From Pyrinomonadaceae bacterium (lineage in GTDB: Bacteria > Acidobacteriota > Blastocatellia > Pyrinomonadales > Pyrinomonadaceae): 64,000 nt of DNA. The stretch lies in the NCBI GenBank assembly GCA_035601415.1, contig DATNOG010000113.1, positions 1,890 through 65,889 on the forward strand. The letters are read 5' to 3'. The translations under genes were made by a program, and so were the position numbers. The notes under the pieces were generated by a model, which saw nothing but the letters and a program-made list of their open reading frames with translations, was not told where the DNA came from and did no database searches. The stretch's first letter is position 1; each line of letters begins with the position of its first letter. This document shows positions 19,423 to 27,497 of the stretch, in pieces.

Positions 19423-19476
19423 TGTCGTTGGCTCCCGTGAAGGTTTAGAAGTTAACTTTCCGGTTTCATAACTGCT

Positions 19477-21576
19477 TCAATTAGGTCGACCGAAATCGAC
19501 ATAGATCGTTTGCCCTGACTGCAGCTCAATTCCCGGCTCCGGCGTTTGCTTTATTACGCGTCCGTCGCCATGCGCTTCGAGTTGCAAACCAAGTTGCGCA
19601 CACGCGCGTGCAACATCGCGGACACTGCGACCGCGCAGGTTCGGCATTAACATCGCCTTGCTGGTTGAAACTGCATAAACAACTTCTCCGCTGTTGGCTC
19701 GGTTGACAACCTTGGGCAAGGTGGCCGCGCTTGCTTGTTTCTGTCGTTCAATTTCAGTTTGTAATTTCGCGTCTTGACTTGGCGCGACGCGCACACTCGC
19801 CACTAACTCGTTCGCGTTCTTAAACTCCGTGTCCGGCATCACGCCCATCTCAGGCAGGATCTGTTCGGCAATTTGTCGAAACACAGGTGCGGCCACATCG
19901 CCGCCGTGATGAGACCCGGCCGGCTCGTCAATCACCACGATGATGACTACTGCCGGATTGTTAACGGGCGCGAAGCCGACAAACGATGCAATGTATTTGG
20001 TGTTCGAATACCGCTTTGTTTGCGGATCGATCTTTTGGGCCGTTCCCGTTTTGCCGGCGGCTGTGTAGCCATCCAGTTGCGCCTTCGTTGCGGTGCCGTT
20101 CAAGGTCACGCCCTCCAACATTCCTCGTAGCGCGCGGGCTGTGTCTTTGCTGATCACTCGATGCTGTTCAGGGTTGGGCCGATAGATGCTAGTGCCCGTT
20201 GCAGAGCGAATCTCTCTAATGACATGCGGCGCAACACGCACGCCGTCATTTGCCAAGGCGGAATAAGCAGCCGCCAGCTGCAAAGGTGTCACGCCAACTT
20301 CCTGGCCGATGGCAATCGAGCCGATGGATGAAGGCAGCCAGCGACTGACCGGATGAATCATGCCGGCAGTCTCGCCCGGCAATTCAATTCCAGTGCGCGA
20401 ACCAAAACCAAAGCGAGTGATGTAGTCGTACATCGTCGGGTCGCCCACGCGCAGTCCAAGTTTGATCGCGGCAACATTGCTTGATTTCGCGAGCGCTTCG
20501 GTCAGCGTTAGATTTCCGAAGGGATGGTGATCGTGAATCACGCGCTTGGCGACGGTGATCGAACCCATTTGGCAATCGATGTGATCGTCCGGCTTGGCGA
20601 GTCCCTTCTCGATAGCGGCAGAGTAAGCGACAATTTTGAAGGTCGAGCCGGGTTCGTAAATATTTTGCAACGCCCAATTAGCACGAGCAGCAGGCGGCGC
20701 GGCGCCCACGTTGTTGGGATCAAAAGTAGGAGCGTTTGCCAGCGCCAGGACCTCTCCCGTATGCGGATCCATCACGATTGCGGTTCCTGACTTCGCATGC
20801 GACTCAGCAATTGCCGACGTGAGCGCTGCTTCCGCCTGGTACTGAATCGACTGGTCGATCGTCAGCACAATCGTCTGGCCAGGGCGCCCGGGAATTTCCG
20901 TGCTCTCGTAAGCGAAACCGCGTGAGTCTTTTTCGATAAACAGTTTGCCCGGCTCGCCAAGAATTTTTTCGTTGAAAGCCTGCTCAATGCCTGCCAGACC
21001 GTTGCCATCGAGGCCGACGAAGCCGAGTACATTCGCGGCCAGTGGTCCATTTGGGTAAAAGCGCTTCGGTTCTTTGCGCGTGTGCACGCCAGGCAGTTCC
21101 ATTGCTTCCAAGGCCTGCGCCCGGTCAGGATCTATGCGACGAGCAATCCAAAGAAAACCGCGACCATTTTTTCTCGCTTCAATGATTTGGCCGGCGAGTT
21201 CTTTCTGGTTCAGAGCTAACACCGCAGAAAGTTTGTCTGTGGTGCAATCAATCTCTCCCAGCGTTTGCTCCTCGGTTTCTTTCTTCTCGGTCTTGAACTC
21301 GTCGGGCGCGACAAACACTGAGGTCGTATCGATCGTGCGCGCCAGCTCGCGCTCGCGACGATCGAGCAGCGGCCCGCGCTGGGGCGCAGTTTCAATCGCA
21401 TCCTGCTGTTGCTTGTGTGCTCGCTCGACAAGCCGGTCATGACTTGAAACCTGCAAATAGACAAGTCGCGCACTGATGCCCAGCATCCAGAAAACGACGA
21501 ACGCCGCGACAAACAGCGTGCGGCGAATCGAAACGTCAGATTGTGCTTCTGATTGAGCCGAAGAGCGCGCCAACAT
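19477..21576 (-). CDS. ftsI: penicillin-binding protein FtsI (class B transpeptidase) with a C-terminal PASTA domain
   Basis: 699 aa. N-terminal TM, then STFK, SSN and KTGTA transpeptidase motifs. C-terminus MPNLRGRSVRDVARACAQLGLQLEAHGDGRVIKQTPEPGIELQSGQTIYVDF. Confidence 0.9.
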   Translation of the reverse strand: MLARSSAQSEAQSDVSIRRTLFVAAFVVFWMLGISARLVYLQVSSHDRLVERAHKQQQDAIETAPQRGPLLDRRERELARTIDTTSVFVAPDEFKTEKKETEEQTLGEIDCTTDKLSAVLALNQKELAGQIIEARKNGRGFLWIARRIDPDRAQALEAMELPGVHTRKEPKRFYPNGPLAANVLGFVGLDGNGLAGIEQAFNEKILGEPGKLFIEKDSRGFAYESTEIPGRPGQTIVLTIDQSIQYQAEAALTSAIAESHAKSGTAIVMDPHTGEVLALANAPTFDPNNVGAAPPAARANWALQNIYEPGSTFKIVAYSAAIEKGLAKPDDHIDCQMGSITVAKRVIHDHHPFGNLTLTEALAKSSNVAAIKLGLRVGDPTMYDYITRFGFGSRTGIELPGETAGMIHPVSRWLPSSIGSIAIGQEVGVTPLQLAAAYSALANDGVRVAPHVIREIRSATGTSIYRPNPEQHRVISKDTARALRGMLEGVTLNGTATKAQLDGYTAAGKTGTAQKIDPQTKRYSNTKYIASFVGFAPVNNPAVVIIVVIDEPAGSHHGGDVAAPVFRQIAEQILPEMGVMPDTEFKNANELVASVRVAPSQDAKLQTEIERQKQASAATLPKVVNRANSGEVVYAVSTSKAMLMPNLRGRSVRDVARACAQLGLQLEAHGDGRVIKQTPEPGIELQSGQTIYVDFGRPN

Positions 21577-21663
21577 TCCCTGGGTGTCCCCTTTTTACTA
21601 ACTGATGAGGGAGAACCAACTCGGCCACAATTTGCCCGGCGAGTGGCGAATCGCTAAAGATTA

Positions 21664-22053
21664 CTAGCGCTGAAACGAGGCGGAAGGATTTATCAAAGCC
21701 GGCGCGATTGGCAATTGGCTGCTTTTGCCGGCCTTCTGCGTTCGGACCTGGCTGGCCAACAAAGGCTTCATGCCGAGCTCGCGCGCTTCAGATTCAAGTC
21801 GGGCCGGAGCGAAGGCCTGCTCCTTCTTCAACATCAGGTGCTGCTGTTCCTCGAGCAGCTTGTCACGCTCGCGACGAAGAGCTTCACTTTTGTAGCCATA
21901 CTGAATGGCGGTGAAATACTGCTGCGCTGCAAAAACGAAACCACCGGCCAACACCAGTCCACAACAAAGCAATAGCGCCAGACGAGACAGGGCGCGTACA
22001 TCACGATCGCGGCGAATGTTAGCGTTGCGCTGCTTTGAGGGAACTCTGTTCAT
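21664..22053 (-). CDS. ftsL: cell division protein FtsL-like (single TM plus coiled coil)
   Basis: 129 aa: LSRLALLLCCGLVLAGGFVFAA followed by the heptad-like EALRRERDKLLEEQQHLMLKKEQ. Sits between rsmH and ftsI. Confidence 0.75.
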   Translation of the reverse strand: MNRVPSKQRNANIRRDRDVRALSRLALLLCCGLVLAGGFVFAAQQYFTAIQYGYKSEALRRERDKLLEEQQHLMLKKEQAFAPARLESEARELGMKPLLASQVRTQKAGKSSQLPIAPALINPSASFQR

Positions 22054-22095
22054 TGCGGGGAACTCCGGGTCAATTAGGTTTTTGTTTGCGACCTT

Positions 22096-22167
22096 CTGAG
22101 ATCTGGAATTTGAGATCTGAAATCAGAAGCTTGAGAGCCTGAACTTTACTCAGATTTTAAATCTAAA
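22096..22167. repeat. heptad-type inverted repeat (GAGATCT/GAAATYT) in the ftsL|rsmH gap
   Basis: ctgagatctggaatttgagatctgaaatcag .. actcagattttaaatctaaa. The arms are only imperfectly complementary by eye. Confidence 0.45.
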
Positions 22168-23131
22168 CTGCCAGCTTGCGACAAGCTCGCAGCTTGGCGC
22201 TGCGGGATCGGGGATTCGCTTCAATTTCAAACTCATCCGGCGTAACCGGACGCTTCGTCAACAACTCGACAGCGCGTCGCGCTCCACAGTTGCAAACACC
22301 AGTTCGGTGCTGACACTGGCACTGTCCCGAAAGCCGCCGCAACTCGCGCTTCATGATCCGGTCCTCAAGCGAGTGAAAACTGATGACAACGAATCGGCCG
22401 TCGGTTTCTAAAAGATCTACTACTTCTTCAACGAATGGAGCTAAACCTTCCAACTCGCGGTTGACTGCAATGCGTAATGCCTGGAAAGTGCGCGTTGCCG
22501 GATGAATGCGCTGGTGCTTTTGTTTGCCGGCCGCGCGGGCCACCAAGTCGGCCAGTTCTTTGGTGGTAGTTATCGGCGTCCCTTGCTCGCGATGCTCAAC
22601 GATCCACTTGGCGATGCGGCGCGAGTTCCGCTCTTCACCGTATTCAAAGATGATTCGCGCTATTTCTTCTTCCGAGAGTCGCAGCAAAAGTTCGGCGGCC
22701 GTGTCTTCTTCGCCGGCTGCGTCCATGCGCATGTCCAGTGGCGCGGCAAAGCGAAAACTGAACCCGCGCGTTTCCGAATCGAACTGCAGCGATGACACGC
22801 CAAGATCGGCGAGGACACCCGACGCCTGGTCTTCGCCGCGTTCGCGCATCACGCGACCAACGTCGCGAAAGTCGGCATGCACCGCGTGAAAGCGTTCGCC
22901 AAACCGTAGCAGCCGCTGCGTAGCCGCGGCGATTGCTGCGCCGTCACGATCGAATCCGATCACGCGAGTTGTTTCTGAAGTTTCAAGGATCGCTTCGCTG
23001 TGTCCACCAAGTCCCACCGTGCAGTCGAGAAAGAGACCTCCTCGTTCAGGCTTGAGGAATTCAATCGTTTCTCGAAGCAGCACGGGGCGATGGGGCGCGC
23101 CCATGCCCCCAAAAGGCGCAGCCATCACCAC
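22163..23131 (-). CDS. rsmH: 16S rRNA (cytosine1402-N4)-methyltransferase
   Basis: [32 protein letters not shown]. Confidence 0.92.
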   Translation of the reverse strand: MVMAAPFGGMGAPHRPVLLRETIEFLKPERGGLFLDCTVGLGGHSEAILETSETTRVIGFDRDGAAIAAATQRLLRFGERFHAVHADFRDVGRVMRERGEDQASGVLADLGVSSLQFDSETRGFSFRFAAPLDMRMDAAGEEDTAAELLLRLSEEEIARIIFEYGEERNSRRIAKWIVEHREQGTPITTTKELADLVARAAGKQKHQRIHPATRTFQALRIAVNRELEGLAPFVEEVVDLLETDGRFVVISFHSLEDRIMKRELRRLSGQCQCQHRTGVCNCGARRAVELLTKRPVTPDEFEIEANPRSRSAKLRACRKLAV

Positions 23132-23165
23132 CGCCCCGTGATCTCGTGCAAAGAACTTTCAACCG

Positions 23166-23245
23166 GTGAAGAGTGATAAGTGAAAGGTGAAGAGTCGAAC
23201 GTCCGTTGTTTTGTCCGATTACTTTTCACTCTTCACTTTTCACTG
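23166..23245. repeat. heptad inverted-repeat element (GTGAAGA/GTGAAAG family) in the rsmH|mraZ gap
   Basis: Left arm gtgaagagtgataagtgaaaggtgaaga. Right arm acttttcactcttcacttttcac. About 25-bp centre. Confidence 0.8.
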
Positions 23246-23248
23246 CCT

Positions 23249-23689
23249 TTAGACTCCCAGTTTCGCGATTGCCGCTTCGTCGTCTTCCGTATAAGGATCC
23301 GCAAGCAAACGCGCTTTGAAAACATCCAACTCCCAAACTTCGAGATAGGTCAGATAACCCAGCACCGCAACGTCGCCCATTACGCCGGCAGCTTTTCGCA
23401 GCAGCGGATGAATCAACAGACGTCCCTGGGCATCGAGCGTCGCCTGCTGTCCGTAGTAGTTCGTCCTATCAAGGAACTTGCGCCGGGCCGGGTCCATCGT
23501 CGGCAAGAGCGAAAGTCGTTGCTCTATCGATTCCCACTCCGGCAAGGGGTAAATCCGAACGTTGTCACCCGTAAGACTAGTTATGTAGAATTGGCCGCCG
23601 TGCTTCTCGTCGATTAACCGACGAAATGGAGTCGGCACCTTTAGCCGACCCTTGGCATCTACCCGGGCCGTGTAGTTTCCCCGCAGCAT
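23249..23689 (-). CDS. mraZ: transcriptional regulator MraZ
   Basis: 146 aa: [26 protein letters not shown]. First gene of the dcw cluster. Confidence 0.93.
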   Translation of the reverse strand: MLRGNYTARVDAKGRLKVPTPFRRLIDEKHGGQFYITSLTGDNVRIYPLPEWESIEQRLSLLPTMDPARRKFLDRTNYYGQQATLDAQGRLLIHPLLRKAAGVMGDVAVLGYLTYLEVWELDVFKARLLADPYTEDDEAAIAKLGV

Positions 23690-23767
23690 AGAGTTGACCG
23701 ATCAATAGTTTTAGCGGGTGGCCGTTTTAGGAAAAGTTACTAATGATCGGTTCGCTACGAGGTTGGA

Positions 23768-23792
23768 CCCACTTCCGACCACTTTTGACCAC
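23768..23792 (-). promoter_or_regulatory. candidate MraZ operator: three direct GTGG(T/G) boxes at exact 10-bp spacing
   Basis: Minus strand reads GTGGTcaaaaGTGGTcggaaGTGGG, starting about 10 nt after the -10 hexamer and 80-100 nt upstream of mraZ. Confidence 0.6.
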
Positions 23793-23802
23793 CCGACGCT
23801 GG

Positions 23803-23831
23803 ATACTACGCTCCATCATTTTGGCTGTCAA
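23803..23831 (-). promoter_or_regulatory. candidate dcw (Pmra-like) sigma-70 promoter
   Basis: Minus strand reads TTGACA-17 nt-TAGTAT, immediately upstream of the triple box. Confidence 0.55.
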
Positions 23832-24035
23832 TACCAATATCCGCGAAAACCTTAAGTTTTCAGGCGCTTGGATCCCGCAAACAAACTTACTGTTCGCCTA
23901 TCGTTCGTCGGGAGTGGTAAAAGAGCTGAGGTTCCTTCAAGAAAGAATTTACCAACGAGGGATCCCGCCTGTAACTTTTGATCAAGTATCGGTGTCTAAT
24001 TAAGTGGAAACAAGGTAAGAACTGTGTAAGTTTCC

Positions 24036-24065
24036 TTGAACTTTCATGTGGATTGAGCGTATATT
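24036..24065 (+). promoter_or_regulatory. candidate promoter of the RHH/2-TM module
   Basis: TTGAAC-18 nt-TATATT. A weaker second candidate, TTGACG-18 nt-TATCAG, lies at 24080-24109. Confidence 0.35.
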
Positions 24066-24205
24066 CTGGGTGAAAATGCTTGACGCGGGAGTGAAAGCCA
24101 TGTTATCAGAGTTGTGCGCCCTTTCCCGGGTGCCTTTGGTCATCGCCTCTCTCGACTCCCAAACCTCTCTTCCCGTTTCAAATTTCAACAAAGAGGAGTA
24201 TTGCT

Positions 24206-24427
24206 ATGAGTAGTGCAGCAGCAAGAGGCTTTACGTTTACCATTGACGAAACAACCGAGAGAGTTTTAGATAGTCTGAAATCTCGATTGGGCAAGACTTC
24301 AAGAGCTGAGGTTTTGAGAAAAGCTATAGCTCTTTTGGAAGTCGCAACTTCGGCTAAAGATGATGGTAACGATATCGCAATCGTGGACAAAAACGGTGAT
24401 ATCGTTACGAGGATCATGCTCGTGTGA
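24206..24427 (+). CDS. ribbon-helix-helix (CopG/Arc-like) DNA-binding protein, antitoxin-like
   Basis: 73 aa. AAGAGGAG RBS 7 nt upstream. FTFTIDETTERVLDSLKSRLGKTSRAEVLRKAIALLE fits the strand-helix-helix pattern. About 43% G+C by hand count. Confidence 0.7.
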   Translation: MSSAAARGFTFTIDETTERVLDSLKSRLGKTSRAEVLRKAIALLEVATSAKDDGNDIAIVDKNGDIVTRIMLV

Positions 24428-24771
24428 CCGATACTTCTAATCAGATAAGTCTAACTGAACGAGAAGGCAAGCTCCGCCTAGATAGTGAACTCAATCTTAC
24501 GGCTATTGAGGCCAGGCTTCGAATCGAAGAGGGCCGGGTTCGCCTAGAGAGCGGGAGAACAGACATTGCGCTACGCCGACGTATGGCCTATTGGCTGCTT
24601 GGTTTGTTCTCAGTAAACACCGCGGGCGCACTTGCTATGATTTTTTTGGTTGGCTTTGGCAAAATGTCCTTATCGGAGAAAGTTATAATTTCGGTTCTAG
24701 GAGCAACCGTGGTCGAAGCCGCCGCGATGCTTGTAACAGTGACAAAGTATTTATTCCCCGCCAAGAGCTGA
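24424..24771 (+). CDS. small membrane protein: charged helical N-terminal half plus a C-terminal 2-TM hairpin; no family recognised
   Basis: 115 aa. GTG start overlaps the upstream stop (GTGTGA). Hydrophobic stretches YWLLGLFSVNTAGALAMIFLVGF and VIISVLGATVVEAAAMLVTV. Confidence 0.6.
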   Translation: MTDTSNQISLTEREGKLRLDSELNLTAIEARLRIEEGRVRLESGRTDIALRRRMAYWLLGLFSVNTAGALAMIFLVGFGKMSLSEKVIISVLGATVVEAAAMLVTVTKYLFPAKS

Positions 24772-24799
24772 GCAACGACAATTCGTTGAATATACAGAT

Positions 24800-24816
24800 A
24801 GGCCCGCGCTGGGCCT
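24800..24816 (+). terminator. weak terminator-like hairpin after the 2-TM gene
   Basis: AGGCCC-gcgct-GGGCCT followed by tgatgtatatt. The T-tract is poor. Confidence 0.3.
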
Positions 24817-24871
24817 TGATGTATATTGGCGCGCCCGTTTTGGGGGAAACGAGCGCGATCCCAAATGAACA

Positions 24872-25675
24872 ATGAATCTTGATTCCGGCGGATTTGTCGG
24901 ACTTCTCTTCTTTGGCTTGTTGGCGGCAGCCGCAAACCTTGTCGGCGGATTTGTCCTTATCAAGTCGGGGGCGCACCGCTTCGGCGAGCGCTTTCTGAAG
25001 TATCTGGTAGCCCTCGGCGCCGGCTTTATGCTGGCTGCTATTTTCCTTGAGATACTGCCTGAGACCATTAGCATTTGGACTTCGAATCTTGGTGGCAAGA
25101 CAGCAGCGGAAGCCATCATTGGAGCGATGACGCTTCTCCTGGCCGGCTACCTGCTCATTCAACTGTTCGAACACACGATCGCTCCGCACTTTCACTTCGG
25201 CGCGGAAACTCATCCGGAATCTTTCATGCGACCTTCGGCAGCATACGCCGCGGTTGGAGGACTTTGGATTCACACATTTTTTGACGGCGTTTCAATCGCC
25301 GCAGCATTCCTGGTGAACTTTCGCGTTGGCTTACTGGTGTTCATTGCAATTCTGCTGCACAAGATGCCTGAGGGGTTTACAGTTGCCTCGATCATGCTGG
25401 CGTCGGGACGTTCGTCGCGAAAAGCTCTGTGGGCGACAGCTGCGATTGGCGCGGCAACTCTAGCAGGAGTTATCGCGGTGGCATTATTGAATACCAGAGT
25501 AGGGGGTGCGGTGGGCTACGCACTTCCCTTCTCGGCTGGCGTCACGTTGTATGTCGCCGCGAGCGATCTGATTCCAGAGGTGAATCGCAAAGAAGAAAGA
25601 AACCCAATGGTCTCGATTGTCGTTTTTGTAGGTGTGGCGCTCTTCTACTTGTTGCACCGGGTTATCGAAGGATAG
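24872..25675 (+). CDS. ZIP-family divalent metal transporter (ZupT-like)
   Basis: 267 aa, polytopic: HTFFDGVSIAAAF, LLHKMPEGFTVASIM. Confidence 0.85.
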   Translation: MNLDSGGFVGLLFFGLLAAAANLVGGFVLIKSGAHRFGERFLKYLVALGAGFMLAAIFLEILPETISIWTSNLGGKTAAEAIIGAMTLLLAGYLLIQLFEHTIAPHFHFGAETHPESFMRPSAAYAAVGGLWIHTFFDGVSIAAAFLVNFRVGLLVFIAILLHKMPEGFTVASIMLASGRSSRKALWATAAIGAATLAGVIAVALLNTRVGGAVGYALPFSAGVTLYVAASDLIPEVNRKEERNPMVSIVVFVGVALFYLLHRVIEG

Positions 25676-25743
25676 TTTTGGATTTCAATGGTGAAACCGT
25701 TGAAGCGCGTACTCGTTATTATTGAACAGGTAGTTTTTATTCA

Positions 25744-26634
25744 TTGAAAAGACTCGACAAAATTTTTGTTAGCGGTCGGAGCGGTTTCAGCCGCGCAATG
25801 GGCTGCGTGATCCTTTTGCTGGTATTTCAGCTTGCAGCGCAGGCTCAGCATGGGGAATCCCCTATCCCACTTCCCACGCCTTTTACTCCGATCGTCGACT
25901 ACGCCAACGTCATCGATGCCGACACCAGGCAAAAGCTGGAATCGATTTACATAAATCTCAAGCAGCGCGCTGATATTGAGTTTGCAGTTGTTACGGTAGA
26001 CACCACCGGCGATCAGGATATTTTCGATTACTCGTTGGCAGTTGCGCGCGGTTGGGGAATCGGCCCGAAAGGAGGAGAGAAAAACGGCTTTCTACTGCTG
26101 GTCGCGATTAAGGATCGGAAATACTTTACGCAGGTCAGCGATCATCTCGAAGGTGATTTGAACGACGGACTAGTAGGTGAGATTCAGCGCACGCGGCTGG
26201 TGCCACAATTCAAAAAGGGAAACTACAGCCAGGGCATCTACGATACGGTTCAGACTTACGTGGCTACGTTGGCAGAGAAGCGTGGCTTTAACATCGACGG
26301 TATTGATCAGCGCTACGCTTATCGCGAAGCGCCCACCCAGCCTGCAACCAGTTCGGGACCTGGCGGACTCTCAAGTTCATGCTGCACGCTAATCATTATT
26401 CTGTTCATTGTGGCACTGGTGTTGTCGTCTTTTCGAAAAGGCGGCAAAGGAGGCGGGGGTTGTCTCAATATGTTTCTGCTGGGCTCGCTGCTCAATAGCG
26501 GCAGTCGCGGTGGGTGGGGCGGCTCAAGCAGCGGTTGGGGTGGCGGCGGATTCGGCGGCGGCGGTGGTGGTTTCGGCGGTGGCTTTGGCGGCGGTGGTAG
26601 TTTCGGTGGCGGCGGCGCTGGTGGTGGTTGGTAG
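25744..26634 (+). CDS. TPM-domain protein (YgcG-like) with a TM segment and Gly-rich tail
   Basis: 296 aa: IVDYANVIDADTRQKLE..EFAVVTVDTTGDQDIFDYSLAVARGWGIG..GFLLLVAIKDRKY. One TM, then GGGGFGGGGGGFGGG. The start (TTG 25744 or ATG 25798) is uncertain. Confidence 0.85.
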   Translation: MKRLDKIFVSGRSGFSRAMGCVILLLVFQLAAQAQHGESPIPLPTPFTPIVDYANVIDADTRQKLESIYINLKQRADIEFAVVTVDTTGDQDIFDYSLAVARGWGIGPKGGEKNGFLLLVAIKDRKYFTQVSDHLEGDLNDGLVGEIQRTRLVPQFKKGNYSQGIYDTVQTYVATLAEKRGFNIDGIDQRYAYREAPTQPATSSGPGGLSSSCCTLIIILFIVALVLSSFRKGGKGGGGCLNMFLLGSLLNSGSRGGWGGSSSGWGGGGFGGGGGGFGGGFGGGGSFGGGGAGGGW

Positions 26635-26713
26635 TAGGACAGACATTCCTGCCTGTCTGTTTTGGAAAACTGCGTTACCACGGATAGACAGTTCAGGAAT
26701 TCCTGCCTGTCTG
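26634..26713. repeat. REPIN-like doublet of the GGACAGRCAGGAATGYCTGTCC hairpin family
   Basis: gtaggacagacattcctgcctgtctg (26634-26659) and agacagttcaggaattcctgcctgtctg (26686-26713). Confidence 0.75.
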
Positions 26714-26752
26714 TTCTGAACATGATTTTCTGTTAGTATTCGAGACAAAGCG

Positions 26753-27484
26753 ATGACAAAGACAGTGGTCCAGGAAGCGCTAAATGGTCTCATCGGAGAT
26801 CTGCGCGCCACGCACGGCGATAACCTCGCTTCTGTTGTGCTGTACGGATCGGCGGCCGCCGGCGATCACGTTGAACTGCGTTCGGATTACAACCTGCTGA
26901 TAACTCTAAATCGCATTACTCCGGAGGATTTGCGTTTGGCCCAGGCGCCGATGAGGGAATGGCAACGGCTCGGTCATCCGCTTCCGGTTTATTTCACTAC
27001 CGAGGAACTCTCAGACGCCGCTGACGTATTTCCAATAGAGTTTCATCAAATGGCTAAAGCGCGCGTTGTGCTTTACGGGAAAGATCCGTTTGAGTTTGTG
27101 AAGTTATCGGATGCGAATCTGCGACATCAAACGGAATATGAACTGCGTAGTAAACTGATTCAGCTTCGCCGCCTGTACATTCCGGCGTCAGTTTCAATTG
27201 AGAAGCTATGCGATTTGATGAGCGACAGCCTGGCGAGCTTTGCGGCGTTGTTTCGCGCCGTACTAATGTTGCACGGTGAAGACGCGCCGGTCGCGAAACC
27301 TGAATGCGTTCGCGCTACTGCCCGGCGTTTTCGGCTTGACCCGGAACCTTTTGAAAAGATTTTCGCATTTCGCGCCAGCGGTTATTTGCCCCCAACTGAG
27401 AAAGAAGCAAACGACATTTTCGGCGCTTACCTGGAACAGATCGATCGCGTCATCCAGGTAGTAGACGAATTCGATCAGGCATGA
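26753..27484 (+). CDS. minimal nucleotidyltransferase-fold protein with an all-helical C-terminal half (possible HEPN-like)
   Basis: 243 aa: VVLYGSAAAGDHVELRSDYNLLITL (GS..D-x-N in place of GS..D-x-D). The C-terminal half contains RAVLMLH (an R-x5-H string). Confidence 0.7.
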   Translation: MTKTVVQEALNGLIGDLRATHGDNLASVVLYGSAAAGDHVELRSDYNLLITLNRITPEDLRLAQAPMREWQRLGHPLPVYFTTEELSDAADVFPIEFHQMAKARVVLYGKDPFEFVKLSDANLRHQTEYELRSKLIQLRRLYIPASVSIEKLCDLMSDSLASFAALFRAVLMLHGEDAPVAKPECVRATARRFRLDPEPFEKIFAFRASGYLPPTEKEANDIFGAYLEQIDRVIQVVDEFDQA

Positions 27485-27497
27485 TCAGGAGATTGAA

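Noticed and set aside
19142-19476. Remnant of murE in the ftsI-murF gap
   Set aside because: Translation in all frames shows no Mur-ligase P-loop (GTNGKT) or DNPR-type motif. The gap is about 1.2 kb too short.
23743-24003. 86-aa plus-strand ORF between mraZ and the RHH gene
   Set aside because: It overlaps the minus-strand dcw promoter and MraZ boxes. It has no RBS and no recognisable motif.
24080-24109. Second promoter-like string TTGACG-18 nt-TATCAG upstream of the RHH gene
   Set aside because: The -10 matches only 4 of 6 and lacks the invariant final T. It is kept only as a secondary note to the better TTGAAC-18-TATATT candidate.
26319-26723. 134-aa Pro-rich ORF on the minus strand (PPPPKLPPPPKPPPK...)
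   Set aside because: It is the antisense shadow of the Gly-rich (GGC/GGT) tail of the TPM protein and runs through a REPIN doublet. It has no independent support.
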